Assembly: GCA_934454405.1 (NCBI GenBank)
Contig: CAKSFN010000009.1
Coordinates: 30,323-94,322 of the forward strand
Reading direction: 5' to 3'
Length of the DNA stretch: 64,000 bases
Source: an uncultured Eubacteriales bacterium
GTDB lineage: Bacteria > Bacillota > Clostridia > Oscillospirales > UBA644
Shown: piece after piece, positions 18,352 through 27,771 of the stretch
Numbering within the stretch: position 1 is the first letter of the stretch
Layout of the letters: each line of letters begins with the position of its first letter
The notes under the pieces: generated by a model
What the model was told of the DNA's origin: nothing
Seen by the model: only the letters and a program-made list of their open reading frames with translations
Databases searched by the model: none
Translations under genes and position numbers: made by a program

Positions 18352-18463
18352 CGCGCCTTCTCCGAATTGACGACCGATGGCGGACAACCTGTTTTTTCCG
18401 CACCGTCTCTGCGTTTTCGCATATTATGTTAATGTCGAAAACTATGAGAGGAAAGAAAAAACG

Positions 18464-19726
18464 ATGTCAAGACTTGTAATAAACGGGGGAAAACCTCTTT
18501 GCGGCGTGGTTCGCGTTCAGGGCGCGAAAAACAGCGTTCTTCCGATATTGGCTGCTTCGCTTCTCGCCGAAAACCCCTGTGTGATCTCGAACTGTCCGCA
18601 TATCAGCGATGCCGACACCGCCGTTGAAATCCTCAACGCTCTCGGAGTTCGCGCGGAAAGGTATTCGGACAGAATTGAAACGGACGCGTCAAACGCCTTC
18701 AAATGCGTTATCCCCGACAGCCTTATGCGAAAAATGCGGTCCTCGATCGTGTTTCTCGGCGCGATAGTCTCAAAATGCGGCAGAGCGCGCGTCAGTTTTC
18801 CCGGCGGCTGCGATATCGGCTGCCGTCCGATAGATCTTCACATATCTTCGCTTGAAAAAATGAACATATCCGTCGTCGGCAAAAGCGGTTATCTCGAATG
18901 CAGAACGGACGGAATAAAAGGCGCGGAAATAAATCTTTCTTTTCCGAGTGTCGGCGCAACGGAGAACATTATGCTCGCCGCCTGCCGCGCGGACGGAAAA
19001 ACCGTTATCGAAAACGCCGCGAGAGAGCCCGAGATAGTTGACCTTCAAAACTTTATCAACGCCATGGGCGGAAGGGTCAGCGGCGCGGGAACATCGAGAA
19101 TAGAAGTGCTCGGCGTCAGACGTCTGCACGGCGCGACATATCGGATCATTCCGGACAGAATCGTGGCTTCAACCTATCTCTGCGCCGTTGCCGCAAGCCG
19201 CGGCTGCGCGTTGTTGAAGGACGTCAGACCGGACGATTTTTCGTCCGTGACGGCGCTTCTGCGCGATGCCGGCTGTAAAATCTCCGTTTACGGGGACAGC
19301 GTTTCCGTCGATTGCGAAAAGACGGAGAGAATACGGGGCGTTGATTCCGTTCGGACGATGCCGTATCCCGGTTTTCCGACGGACGCGGGTTCTCCTTTCG
19401 TTGCCCTGATGTCACTTGCGAAGGGCTCTACGGTTTTTGTCGAAACCGTTTTCGAAAACAGATTCAAATATGTCGGAGAACTGCTCCGTATGGGCGCGGA
19501 TATAAAAACCGAAGGCAGGGTAGCCGTTATCGACGGCGCGGAGAAACTGTTCGGAACAAGCGTCGAGGCTCACGACCTTCGCGGCGGAGCCGCGCTTTGC
19601 GTCGCCGCCGTTGCTGCGGAGGGCACCACCGTGATAAATCACGCGGAATACATACTTCGCGGTTACGAACATATAGAAAAAGATCTTCGCGATCTCGGCG
19701 CGGACATCGAATTTTTTGAGGACTGA
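18464..19726 (+). CDS. murA: UDP-N-acetylglucosamine 1-carboxyvinyltransferase MurA
   Basis: MSRLVINGGKPLCGVVRVQGAKNSVLPILAASLL, with the catalytic Cys context PGGCDIGCRPIDLH. The ORF-track N-terminal extension (18377) lacks an RBS. Confidence 0.93.
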   Translation: MSRLVINGGKPLCGVVRVQGAKNSVLPILAASLLAENPCVISNCPHISDADTAVEILNALGVRAERYSDRIETDASNAFKCVIPDSLMRKMRSSIVFLGAIVSKCGRARVSFPGGCDIGCRPIDLHISSLEKMNISVVGKSGYLECRTDGIKGAEINLSFPSVGATENIMLAACRADGKTVIENAAREPEIVDLQNFINAMGGRVSGAGTSRIEVLGVRRLHGATYRIIPDRIVASTYLCAVAASRGCALLKDVRPDDFSSVTALLRDAGCKISVYGDSVSVDCEKTERIRGVDSVRTMPYPGFPTDAGSPFVALMSLAKGSTVFVETVFENRFKYVGELLRMGADIKTEGRVAVIDGAEKLFGTSVEAHDLRGGAALCVAAVAAEGTTVINHAEYILRGYEHIEKDLRDLGADIEFFED

Positions 19727-19749
19727 AAATAAAAGAAAGGGGAGTTTCG

Positions 19750-20658
19750 ATGAAAGAGCAAAAACGCTTCGAAGACGAGGCTTCGGAAGAAGAGCTTTCC
19801 TCGGCGCAAATCAGAAGCCGCCGAAAAGCGGCGCGAAAAAAACGCATACTTCGCAACAGGCTGATCTTTGTCGGAATTCTTCTTTTGATTGCCGGAGTGA
19901 TTGTTTTTCGCGTTTGCGTCGTCGCAAAAACAATAAACGTGACGAACGAAACCCCTTATTCCGACGAGCAGCTTTTGGCGGCGATGGACGAGGGAAAGGG
20001 AACTTTTCTGTTCTCCTTCAATGCGGAAAGTATCGCCGCGAAGCTTAAAACGGTCTATCCGTATGTCGGCTCCGTTGAAGTTAAAAAGCATTTTCCGACA
20101 ACAGTAGATATCTCCTTCCGCGTTGCCGAAAGGGCGTTTGCGTTTGAAAAGGACGGAAATTTTGTTTATACGGACGCGGGGCTTCGCGTTCTTGAAATCA
20201 CGAAAACGCCCGACAGCTCCGTTTTGACCGTGACAGGCGCGGATATCGGAAAATATGAAAAAGGAAAAACGCTGGACACGGAAGTTTTTATTTACGGCGA
20301 TTTTATCTCGGATTTGAAAAACCGGGCAGATAAAAACGGTCTGGGTGTCGTGACAAAGATAGATTTGACCAAGAAATACAGGATAGCGTTTCTGCTGAAC
20401 GGCAAAACGACCGTTATTCTCGGCGATTTTTCCGATTTGGACAAGAAGTTCGACACCCTTAAATATATCGTCGGGGAAAACGATCCCTCCGTTATCGCAA
20501 CGATAAACGTCAAAAATTACAAACGCGGAAAATACTCCCTCGGCTCGGAAATATTTTCGGCCGAAGCCGTTGTCGAGCCGTCTTCGGCCGCAACCGAATC
20601 GACGGAACAGCCTTCCGTCCCCGACGGTACATCATACAATTCGGACGTCGAACCGTAA
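19750..20658 (+). CDS. ftsQ: Cell division protein FtsQ/DivIB
   Basis: Basic N-terminus, single TM (LIFVGILLLIAGVIVF), then POTRA-like and FtsQ-type beta domains. It lies directly upstream of ftsZ. Confidence 0.85.
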   Translation: MKEQKRFEDEASEEELSSAQIRSRRKAARKKRILRNRLIFVGILLLIAGVIVFRVCVVAKTINVTNETPYSDEQLLAAMDEGKGTFLFSFNAESIAAKLKTVYPYVGSVEVKKHFPTTVDISFRVAERAFAFEKDGNFVYTDAGLRVLEITKTPDSSVLTVTGADIGKYEKGKTLDTEVFIYGDFISDLKNRADKNGLGVVTKIDLTKKYRIAFLLNGKTTVILGDFSDLDKKFDTLKYIVGENDPSVIATINVKNYKRGKYSLGSEIFSAEAVVEPSSAATESTEQPSVPDGTSYNSDVEP

Positions 20659-20774
20659 TTTCGGAAATAAAGTAAGTTTTTCCCCGAAAATAGTCAGTCG
20701 CTTCGCTTCTTGTGACAAAAAACGAAATTTTTTTAGATTTTATGTCGCGCAAAGCAGAAAATCGATGAAAAGTG

Positions 20775-20803
20775 TTGACTATCTCGGTCAAATATGCTAT
20801 ATT
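20775..20803 (+). promoter_or_regulatory. Sigma-A promoter immediately upstream of ftsZ
   Basis: TTGACT (20775-20780), 17 nt spacer, TATATT (20798-20803), with TGc extended -10. Confidence 0.65.
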
Positions 20804-20844
20804 ATATTCGTATATAACCGTACATAATGAAAGGATGTAGACAA

Positions 20845-21996
20845 ATGGCATTCAAAAGTTTGGAAGATAAAACGCTGGTCAATATCAAGGTTATCGGAGT
20901 CGGCGGCGGCGGAAACAACGCCGTTGACGGAATGATTCAGTCCGAAGTCAGAGACGTTGAATTCATTGATATCAACACCGATTGCCAACAGCTTGAAAAG
21001 CGTTCTCTCGCTCCCGTCAAGATTCCCATAGGCGAAAAGATTACCCGCGGTTTCGGCGCAGGCGCAGATCCCGAGGTCGGCAGAAAAGCCGCCGAGGAAA
21101 GCCGTGACGCCATCGCGTCCGCCATCAAAGGCGCGGATATGATTTTCCTGACTGCCGGCATGGGCGGCGGAACCGGTACGGGTGCTTCTCCTCTCGTTGC
21201 GCAGATCGCAAAGGAATCCGGTATCCTGACGGTTGCCATAGTAACGAGACCGTTCAATTTTGAAGGAAAAACCAAGATAGAAAAAGCGGAAAAAGGTATT
21301 GAAGACCTTCTCAAACAGGTTGACACTCTTGTTGTTATCCCGAACGAGAACCTCAAGCTTGTTTCCGAAAGCAGAGTTACGATGCTCAACGCGTTCAAGA
21401 TTGCGGACAATGTTCTTAAAGAAGGCGTTGAGTCCATCACCACGCTTATTCAGAGCCAGGGTATAATCAACCTTGACTTCAACGATATCACCGCGATCCT
21501 TAAAGATGCGGGCAAGGCTCACTGGTGCGTTCAGTCCGCAAAAGGCAAGGATAAGGCTGAAACCGTTGCAAATGCGGTTATTCAGTCCCCGCTGCTTGAA
21601 TCTTCCATCAAGGGCGCGAGAGGCGTTATCCTTTACTTTAATGCCGACACCGAAGTTACGATGGAAGACATCGAGCTTGCAGCGCAGATAATCAGAGAAA
21701 ACGCCGCTCCCGACGCGAACATTATCTGGGGCGTTAACCTTGACGATACGCTTGAGGACGAGCTTCAGGTGACCGTTATCGCAACTCGTTTTGAGGATGA
21801 GGACAAGTCTTTCGGAACACAGCCCGTAACGAACGCCGCTTATATCGCGCCTTCCAGAGTGGCTCCCGAAATTCCCGCTCCGGCGGCTCCGGTAAACGCC
21901 GCACCCGTCGCTCCCGCGGCTCCCGTTGCTCCCGTTTCGACGGACGACGATGACGAGTTTCTTAAACTGCTCAACGATATAACCAAGGGCAACTGA
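20845..21996 (+). CDS. ftsZ: Cell division GTPase FtsZ
   Basis: IKVIGVGGGGNNAV, GMGGGTGTGASP and NLDFNDI motifs, with a Pro/Ala-rich linker and a C-terminal DDDDEFLKLL peptide. ATG 20845 (AAAGGA upstream) is preferred over 20827. Confidence 0.97.
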   Translation: MAFKSLEDKTLVNIKVIGVGGGGNNAVDGMIQSEVRDVEFIDINTDCQQLEKRSLAPVKIPIGEKITRGFGAGADPEVGRKAAEESRDAIASAIKGADMIFLTAGMGGGTGTGASPLVAQIAKESGILTVAIVTRPFNFEGKTKIEKAEKGIEDLLKQVDTLVVIPNENLKLVSESRVTMLNAFKIADNVLKEGVESITTLIQSQGIINLDFNDITAILKDAGKAHWCVQSAKGKDKAETVANAVIQSPLLESSIKGARGVILYFNADTEVTMEDIELAAQIIRENAAPDANIIWGVNLDDTLEDELQVTVIATRFEDEDKSFGTQPVTNAAYIAPSRVAPEIPAPAAPVNAAPVAPAAPVAPVSTDDDDEFLKLLNDITKGN

Positions 21997-22051
21997 CACA
22001 AAGGACTTTGACCGGGTCCGAATAATTCAGCGTTTGAAATTTAATATACGG

Positions 22052-22077
22052 CAGGGCAGACCTATTTGTCTGCCCTG
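22052..22077 (+). terminator. Terminator after ftsZ
   Basis: cagggcagac (22052-22061) pairs with gtctgccctg (22068-22077), followed by a short T-rich tail. Confidence 0.6.
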
Positions 22078-22091
22078 TTCTTAAAGAGGAA

Positions 22092-22739
22092 ATGGATAAA
22101 GAATATATTTTGTTCGATCTCGACGGAACTCTGACCGACCCGAAAGTCGGTATCACGTCCGCCGTTGCTTACGCGCTTGAACACTGCGGTTACACCGCCC
22201 CCGAAAATCTTGACGAGCTTTGCCCGTTCATCGGACCCCCGCTTCACGAATCTTTTATGAAGTATTACGGGGTTGACGAGGACGAGGCGGAAAAGCTTGT
22301 CGATTCTTACAGGAAGTATTACCGTCCGAAGGGCATTTTTGAATGTACGGTTTACGACGATATTCCCGATCTTCTGACTTCGTTGAAGGAGAACGGAAAA
22401 AAAGTTCTGCTCGCAACTTCAAAACCCGAAGATATGGCAGAGGATATTCTCGACCACTTCGGGCTGATTGACTACTTTGACGGCATTTACGGCGCAACGC
22501 ACGACAGAAGCCGCACGGATAAGGCCTGCGTTATAGCCTATGCCATTGAAGAGTTCGGCTTGACCGATCGCAGCAAGGCCGTAATGGTCGGCGATCGCGA
22601 GTACGACATCGTCGGCGCAAAAGAAAACGGGCTTTCCGCAATAGGCGTCGGATACGGATATCGGCAGAATCCGCACGAATTTGAAAAAGCGGACGCCGTT
22701 GCCGATACGGTCGCCGAGCTGAAAGCGATACTGTTATGA
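22092..22739 (+). CDS. HAD-IA family phosphatase (phosphoglycolate phosphatase/PpaX-like)
   Basis: LFDLDGTLTD motif I, LATSK motif II and MVGDREYDIVGA motif III/IV. Confidence 0.85.
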   Translation: MDKEYILFDLDGTLTDPKVGITSAVAYALEHCGYTAPENLDELCPFIGPPLHESFMKYYGVDEDEAEKLVDSYRKYYRPKGIFECTVYDDIPDLLTSLKENGKKVLLATSKPEDMAEDILDHFGLIDYFDGIYGATHDRSRTDKACVIAYAIEEFGLTDRSKAVMVGDREYDIVGAKENGLSAIGVGYGYRQNPHEFEKADAVADTVAELKAILL

Positions 22740-23014
22740 TTGCGTATATAATTGCGGGCGCAGCGCTCATTGCCGCAGGCGTTTTATGGTTGTCGCTTTA
22801 TGTTTTCGCCTCTCGTAAAATAACCGTCGAAACAACGAATTTCGACCCCGCAGACGCTGCGGAAGAAGACATCTCGCGACTTGAAGAGGCTCAGAAAAAA
22901 TTCCGCGCAGTATATATCAAAACGGCTGTCAATATGCTCGTTCCGTGCTTACTCATCGGTGTGGGAATATTCTGCCTTGCCGTTGCCGTTGTCCGCTTTG
23001 CCGGACTGATTTGA
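22736..23014 (+). CDS. Small two-TM membrane protein, unknown function
   Basis: 92 aa with ATGA overlap with the HAD gene and two hydrophobic helices flanking an acidic loop. Confidence 0.55.
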   Translation: MIAYIIAGAALIAAGVLWLSLYVFASRKITVETTNFDPADAAEEDISRLEEAQKKFRAVYIKTAVNMLVPCLLIGVGIFCLAVAVVRFAGLI

Positions 23015-23052
23015 GTCGATACGGTGGTTTATTCTTCAATCAAAACAACAGA

Positions 23053-23079
23053 CAGACCGCAGGTTTTTCCTGCGGTCTG
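23053..23079. terminator. Bidirectional terminator between convergent genes
   Basis: cagaccgcagg (23053-23063) pairs with cctgcggtctg (23069-23079). A T-run follows on the plus strand. Confidence 0.7.
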
Positions 23080-23105
23080 CATATTTTTTGCCTGTTTGAT
23101 TTTCA

Positions 23106-23960
23106 TTACCGTCTCGGGATTTTTGCAACATCCTCGTCGCCCTCGCCGAGCAGGTAAAAGTTTCCGAGATTGGGAAGCCTTTCTCTGCAATCGCATTGCC
23201 AAACGACCTTTTTGTCGGGAGTGACTTCAAAAACGGGAACGCCCTCTCCGTTATGCCCGTGTCCGAGCCAGTTTGTGCAGACGATATTTCCGTTTTTGCG
23301 GAGTTGTATTCCGAGCAGCCAGCAAATGTTGATTTCGGGAATGTCTTTGTTCGTCAGCGTCCAAACTTCGTTTCCGTCGGCGTCAAGTTCAAAAAGTCCC
23401 TCCATACACGAATATACAGTGTTTCCGTTCGGGCGGACAACCGCTCCGAAAGTGTCGGGACGGGTATCAAACTCTTTGACCGTTTTTCCCGTTTCGTCAA
23501 GAAAAACTATCTTCTTCGAGCCGGGAGACACTATCATATATGTTCCGTTTTCGAGTTTTCTTGCCGCGCGCATCGTTTCGTGTGGGTCGTCGCCTTTATA
23601 GTCGAACGGAACGGTTTTTATGATATTTCCTTTATCGTCTGTCTCAACGATTCTTTTCTGCCTCAATTCGCCGACGAGAACTCCGCCGTTTTCAAGCGGC
23701 TGACAGGTGAACACTTCATGCTCGGTTGTGTATTGAAACAGCGTTTTTCCGCTTCTGTCGATAATTCTCGCTCCGCTTCCGTTTTTGCCGTAATGGCAGA
23801 AGAGTATTCTGTCACCGGAAAGATGCCAAAGGTCAAATACGGTCAGTGCGGTGTCGATTTTCCAAACAACTTCTCCGCTTTCGTTCACTTCGACAAGTTC
23901 TTCCGTCTCGGTGTCCGTCGCCAGAAAAGAATATCTGTTTTCGCCTTTTACAGTCGTCAT
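23106..23960 (-). CDS. Cytoplasmic beta-propeller-like protein (possible lactonase/SMP30-like or PQQ-like fold); function unknown
   Basis: 284 aa with no signal peptide. It has repeated about 45-aa blade-like segments (G.VVW, NG..LV, DG..VW). It lies 12 nt downstream of the Fe-ADH gene, so it is in the same operon. Confidence 0.5.
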   Translation of the reverse strand: MTTVKGENRYSFLATDTETEELVEVNESGEVVWKIDTALTVFDLWHLSGDRILFCHYGKNGSGARIIDRSGKTLFQYTTEHEVFTCQPLENGGVLVGELRQKRIVETDDKGNIIKTVPFDYKGDDPHETMRAARKLENGTYMIVSPGSKKIVFLDETGKTVKEFDTRPDTFGAVVRPNGNTVYSCMEGLFELDADGNEVWTLTNKDIPEINICWLLGIQLRKNGNIVCTNWLGHGHNGEGVPVFEVTPDKKVVWQCDCRERLPNLGNFYLLGEGDEDVAKIPRR

Positions 23961-23972
23961 ACAAAGCGTCCT

Positions 23973-25187
23973 TTATTCAAAATCGTAAGCCATGTTGAGT
24001 ATGGTCATCAGTCCGTCTCTGCCTATCTTCGGTATGGACGGAAGATTGCCGTCCGCGTCGCAGCCGTGTGCGATAACTTCGTCGGCTATCTTGTCAAGAT
24101 CTTCTTTCGGAACGTTTACGGATTTGAGATTGACGGGAACGCCGACTTCTTTGACAAACGCAACGAATTTGTCTATGCACTCGTCAGCAACGTCGATATC
24201 TTTTCTTCCTTCTCTGTCAAGTCTGAAAATTCTGTATCCGAGTTCAGCAAATCTTGCCGCTCTTTCATCATTCAGGTGCGCGGTATAGCGGAAGAACGCG
24301 GGCATGATAACCGCAAGCGTTACGCCGTGGTCAATGTCGTAAAGCGCAGAGAGAACGTGTCCTATCTGATGGCAGGGCGTGGGTGCTGCAAGTCCCGCTT
24401 GCAGATAGCCGTTCCAAGTCAGAGTGGAAGCCCATTGAAGCGACGCTCTTGCCTGAATGTCGTCGGGGTCTTTGAAGATCTTTCTGATAAGATCCATAAC
24501 CGCCATGAGAAGTCCTTCGTGGCATCTGTCCTGAACAGGGGAGTTCTGGTCGCCGTTCAGATACGCTTCAAGAACGTGGGACATCGCGTCAACCGCGCCC
24601 GCAGCCATCGGGAACTTGGGAAGAGTTGCCGTTACGCAGGGATCCATTACGCAGATCTTCGGATAAAGAACGGGCGCCCAGATATACGCCTTTTCGTGCG
24701 TTCTGTCATTCGTTGCAACCGCCACATTGTTCGTCTCGGAAGACGTCGCGGATTTTGTCGGAATCATAATTGTGGGAAGCGTGTCCGTCGGGGGAACCGC
24801 AACCGCCTTATCGTGACGGGAAACAAACATTTTCCACGGGTCGCCATCGTATTTAACGCCTGCGGCTATCGCTTTCGCGGAGTCCATAACGCTGCCGCCG
24901 CCGAGTGCCACAACAACCTCAATGCCTTCTTTTCTGCACACACCGATCGCTTCTTCGATGTCGGAAAGACGCGGGTTCGGTTTTACCTTGAAAAATTCGG
25001 TAACGGTAACGCCCGCATCTTTGAAGCTCTTGTCGAGTTTTGCGAGCAATTCGTTGAAAAAGTCGTGAACGTCGTATGTAACAAGCATAGCCTTTGTTCC
25101 GTACTCTTTCGTGTATTTTCCTATATTCTCGGCTTCTCCGGGGCCGAAGATGATGCGGACGGGATTGTAAAGTTCAAAGTTAAGCAT
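23973..25187 (-). CDS. Iron-containing (group III) alcohol dehydrogenase
   Basis: MLNFELYNPVRIIFGPGE..., ALGGGSVMDSAKAIA, and His-rich metal site region HQIGHVLSALYDIDHG. AGAGGG lies 7 nt before ATG 25187. Confidence 0.88.
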   Translation of the reverse strand: MLNFELYNPVRIIFGPGEAENIGKYTKEYGTKAMLVTYDVHDFFNELLAKLDKSFKDAGVTVTEFFKVKPNPRLSDIEEAIGVCRKEGIEVVVALGGGSVMDSAKAIAAGVKYDGDPWKMFVSRHDKAVAVPPTDTLPTIMIPTKSATSSETNNVAVATNDRTHEKAYIWAPVLYPKICVMDPCVTATLPKFPMAAGAVDAMSHVLEAYLNGDQNSPVQDRCHEGLLMAVMDLIRKIFKDPDDIQARASLQWASTLTWNGYLQAGLAAPTPCHQIGHVLSALYDIDHGVTLAVIMPAFFRYTAHLNDERAARFAELGYRIFRLDREGRKDIDVADECIDKFVAFVKEVGVPVNLKSVNVPKEDLDKIADEVIAHGCDADGNLPSIPKIGRDGLMTILNMAYDFE

Positions 25188-25224
25188 AAAACTGCCCTCT
25201 TTCATTGTTTTTTATTATATTGTT

Positions 25225-25253
25225 ATCTTATCATTTATTATATGTTTTGTCAA
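25225..25253 (-). promoter_or_regulatory. Candidate promoter for the Fe-ADH/propeller operon
   Basis: Reverse strand reads TTGACA (25253-25248), 17 nt spacer, TAAGAT (25230-25225). Its -35 forms a 9-bp inverted repeat with the opposing promoter's -35. Confidence 0.4.
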
Positions 25254-25272
25254 GAGATATTCGCTTTTTTTC

Positions 25273-25301
25273 TTGACAAACGGGTTATTATATTGTATAA
25301 T
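25273..25301 (+). promoter_or_regulatory. Consensus sigma-A promoter for the ALDH-transketolase-ADH operon
   Basis: TTGACA (25273-25278), 17 nt spacer, TATAAT (25296-25301). Confidence 0.75.
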
Positions 25302-25429
25302 GTAAAGTAGAAAAAAATGTCGCGCGCAGACCGTTTGCGCCGACCGAAGGGCAATTCCCGAATACCGTCGAAAATGCGGATTTCGGGCGTTGTTTTAAGA
25401 AAAATACAATAACAGAGAGGTGTCCGATT

Positions 25430-26863
25430 ATGCAGATGATAATCAACGGCGAGTACAGAGATTCGCGCTCCGGCAAAACTTTTGACAACATCAACCCATA
25501 TACCGGCGAGCTTGTTTGCAAAGTCGCGAGCGGAACCGCGGAGGATTTTGAGGAAGCCGCAAAGATTGCGAAAGCGTCTCAACCCGCTTGGGCGGCAACC
25601 CCGTTTTACGAAAGAGCGGCGATAATCAAAAGATTTGTCGCTTACGTCCGTGAAGACCTTGAAAAGATTGCAAAAGTCGTGACCGCAGAGGGCGGAAAAA
25701 CGATAACCGACGCAAGAGGCGAACTTGAGTGCCTTTGCATGGTTTTTGAGTCGTTTCTTGAAGCCGCGCGTCATCTTTACGGCAATTCCGTACCGCTTAA
25801 CGCGGAGCCGAGAACTCAGGGCGACATTATTTTTACCGTCAGGGAGCCTATCGGCGTATTCGCCACGATCACCCCGTTCAATTTTCCCATAGAACTTTAT
25901 GCTCATAAGGTCGCGCCCGTTATCATAACAGGCAACGCCGTTATAATCAAACCCGCGTCCGACACCCCGATGGCGGCTATGATGCTCACAGAACTTCTTC
26001 TCAGAGCAGGCGTTCCCGCAGGCGTTTGCCATTTCATCACGGGCAGCGGCAGAGAAGTGGGCGCTTGGCTTGCACAGACGACCAACATTGACGGCGTAAG
26101 CTTCACCGGTTCGACGCCCGTCGGCAGAGAACTTATGAAGGGCGGCGCACATAATCTTCAGCACGTCTTCCTTGAACTCGGCGGCAACGACCCCTATGTC
26201 GTTTTCGATTCCGCGGATATGGAAGTCGCGGTCAGAGAGGCTGTCGGCGGCAGGGTTTATAATGCCGGACAAACTTGCTGTGCGAATAAGAGATTTATTA
26301 TTCAAAATACCGTCAAGGCTGAATTTACCGAAAAACTTATCGCGGCGCTGAAAGATGTTAAGATAGGCGACCCCGCAGATCCGGCGACCGCTATGGGCTG
26401 TCTTGTTTCCGAAAAGGCGGCAAAGGGTATAGAGGAAGAAATAAACAAGGTTATCGCAGACGGCGGCAAGCTTCTTTACGGCGGCAAGCGCAACGGCGCG
26501 TTCATCGAACCGACCGTTATTGAGGTTTCGAGAGATTCCGAAGTCGCAAAAGACCTCGAAATCTTCGGACCCGTGTTCCCGATAATCGGCTTCGACACAT
26601 TTGACGAGGCGGTTGAGATAGCAAATCAGACTTCGTTCGGACTTGCTTCCGGCGTTATCACGCAGGACATCAACCTTGCGATGAAGTTCGCGAACAAGGT
26701 TCAGGCGGGAACGTGCGTTATCAACTCTTCGGGCAACTACCGCTCCGTTCATCAGCCGTTCGGCGGATACAAGCAGACCGGTATAGGCAGAGAGGGCACG
26801 AGCCATACTCTTTATGAAGTAACGCAGGAAAAATCCATCGTTATCAAGAATTGCCTGAAATAA
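25430..26863 (+). CDS. NAD(P)+-dependent aldehyde dehydrogenase
   Basis: 477 aa with FLELGGNDP (catalytic Glu), GQTCCANKR (catalytic Cys) and the FTGST cofactor motif. Confidence 0.92.
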   Translation: MQMIINGEYRDSRSGKTFDNINPYTGELVCKVASGTAEDFEEAAKIAKASQPAWAATPFYERAAIIKRFVAYVREDLEKIAKVVTAEGGKTITDARGELECLCMVFESFLEAARHLYGNSVPLNAEPRTQGDIIFTVREPIGVFATITPFNFPIELYAHKVAPVIITGNAVIIKPASDTPMAAMMLTELLLRAGVPAGVCHFITGSGREVGAWLAQTTNIDGVSFTGSTPVGRELMKGGAHNLQHVFLELGGNDPYVVFDSADMEVAVREAVGGRVYNAGQTCCANKRFIIQNTVKAEFTEKLIAALKDVKIGDPADPATAMGCLVSEKAAKGIEEEINKVIADGGKLLYGGKRNGAFIEPTVIEVSRDSEVAKDLEIFGPVFPIIGFDTFDEAVEIANQTSFGLASGVITQDINLAMKFANKVQAGTCVINSSGNYRSVHQPFGGYKQTGIGREGTSHTLYEVTQEKSIVIKNCLK

Positions 26864-26915
26864 GACAACGCTTTAAGGTGTAAAAAAATAAATAATATAT
26901 TTGAGGTGAAATGCT

Positions 26916-27770
26916 TTGTTAAGCGCAGAAAAAATCCTTGAGTTAAAACTCAAAGCCAACGAGATAAGAAAAGAGACCGTGAAAACGATCGCTTCTATCG
27001 GCGTAGGGCATATCGGCGGCTCTCTTTCCATTGCCGACGTTATGGCTGTTCTTTACTTTGACGAGATGAAAGTTGACCCCAAGAACCCGAAATGGGACGG
27101 CAGAGACTGGCTCGTTGTTTCCAAAGGACACTCCGGTCCCGCAATTTACAGCACACTTGCTATCAAAGGTTTTTTTGACAGAGAAATGCTGTACACTCTC
27201 AACAAGCCCAACACGAATCTTCCGTCGCACTGCGATATGAGAAAAACTCCCGGTATCGACATGACGACAGGTTCTCTCGGTCAGGGCGCTTCCGCAGCCG
27301 CGGGTATCGCGCTCGGCAATAAAATGGACGGCAAAGACGGCACCTATACCTATCTTATCCTCGGCGACGGCGAGTCCCAGGAAGGTCAGGTTTGGGAAAT
27401 GGCTATGTTTGCCGCTCACAGAAAACTCGGCAACCTTATCGGCTTTACCGACTACAACAAATTGCAGATAGACGGCGCGACCGACGATGTTTGCTCTCTC
27501 GGCGACATCGTTGCGAAATACAAGGCTTTCGGCTGGGACTGCGTAATGGTAAACGGTCATGACGTTGCCGCCATTCACGACGCTATCGAAGCCGCAAAGA
27601 CCGTAAAGGACAAACCCTCTATGATAATCCTTGACACGATAAAGGGCAAGGGTATCTCCGCGCTTGAAGGCAAAGCAAGCTGCCATAACGCAAACATAAA
27701 CGCGGAGCAATGCGCCGAATACGTTGCGGAACTTGACGCGGAAGCAGAAGCAATTAAGGAGGGCAAATAA
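26916..27770 (+). CDS. Transketolase, N-terminal (TPP-binding) subunit
   Basis: 284 aa with HIGGSLSIADV, SKGHSGPAIY and LGDGESQEGQVWE. TTG start lies 6 nt after GAGGTGA. Confidence 0.9.
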   Translation: MLSAEKILELKLKANEIRKETVKTIASIGVGHIGGSLSIADVMAVLYFDEMKVDPKNPKWDGRDWLVVSKGHSGPAIYSTLAIKGFFDREMLYTLNKPNTNLPSHCDMRKTPGIDMTTGSLGQGASAAAGIALGNKMDGKDGTYTYLILGDGESQEGQVWEMAMFAAHRKLGNLIGFTDYNKLQIDGATDDVCSLGDIVAKYKAFGWDCVMVNGHDVAAIHDAIEAAKTVKDKPSMIILDTIKGKGISALEGKASCHNANINAEQCAEYVAELDAEAEAIKEGK

Positions 27771-27771
27771 G

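Noticed and set aside
20797-21999. 400-aa reverse-strand ORF
   Set aside because: It is antisense to ftsZ, with no motifs. Shadow ORF.
23196-25310. 704-aa plus-strand ORF, the longest unexplained ORF in the track
   Set aside because: It lies entirely antisense to the well-supported beta-propeller and Fe-ADH genes. Its product is Arg/Phe/Val-rich and low-complexity with no motifs, and it has no RBS. It is a shadow ORF produced by the codon bias of the genes on the other strand.
25250-26806. 518-aa reverse-strand ORF
   Set aside because: It is antisense to the aldehyde dehydrogenase gene, which has clear catalytic motifs. It would also run through the consensus promoter at 25273-25301. Shadow ORF.
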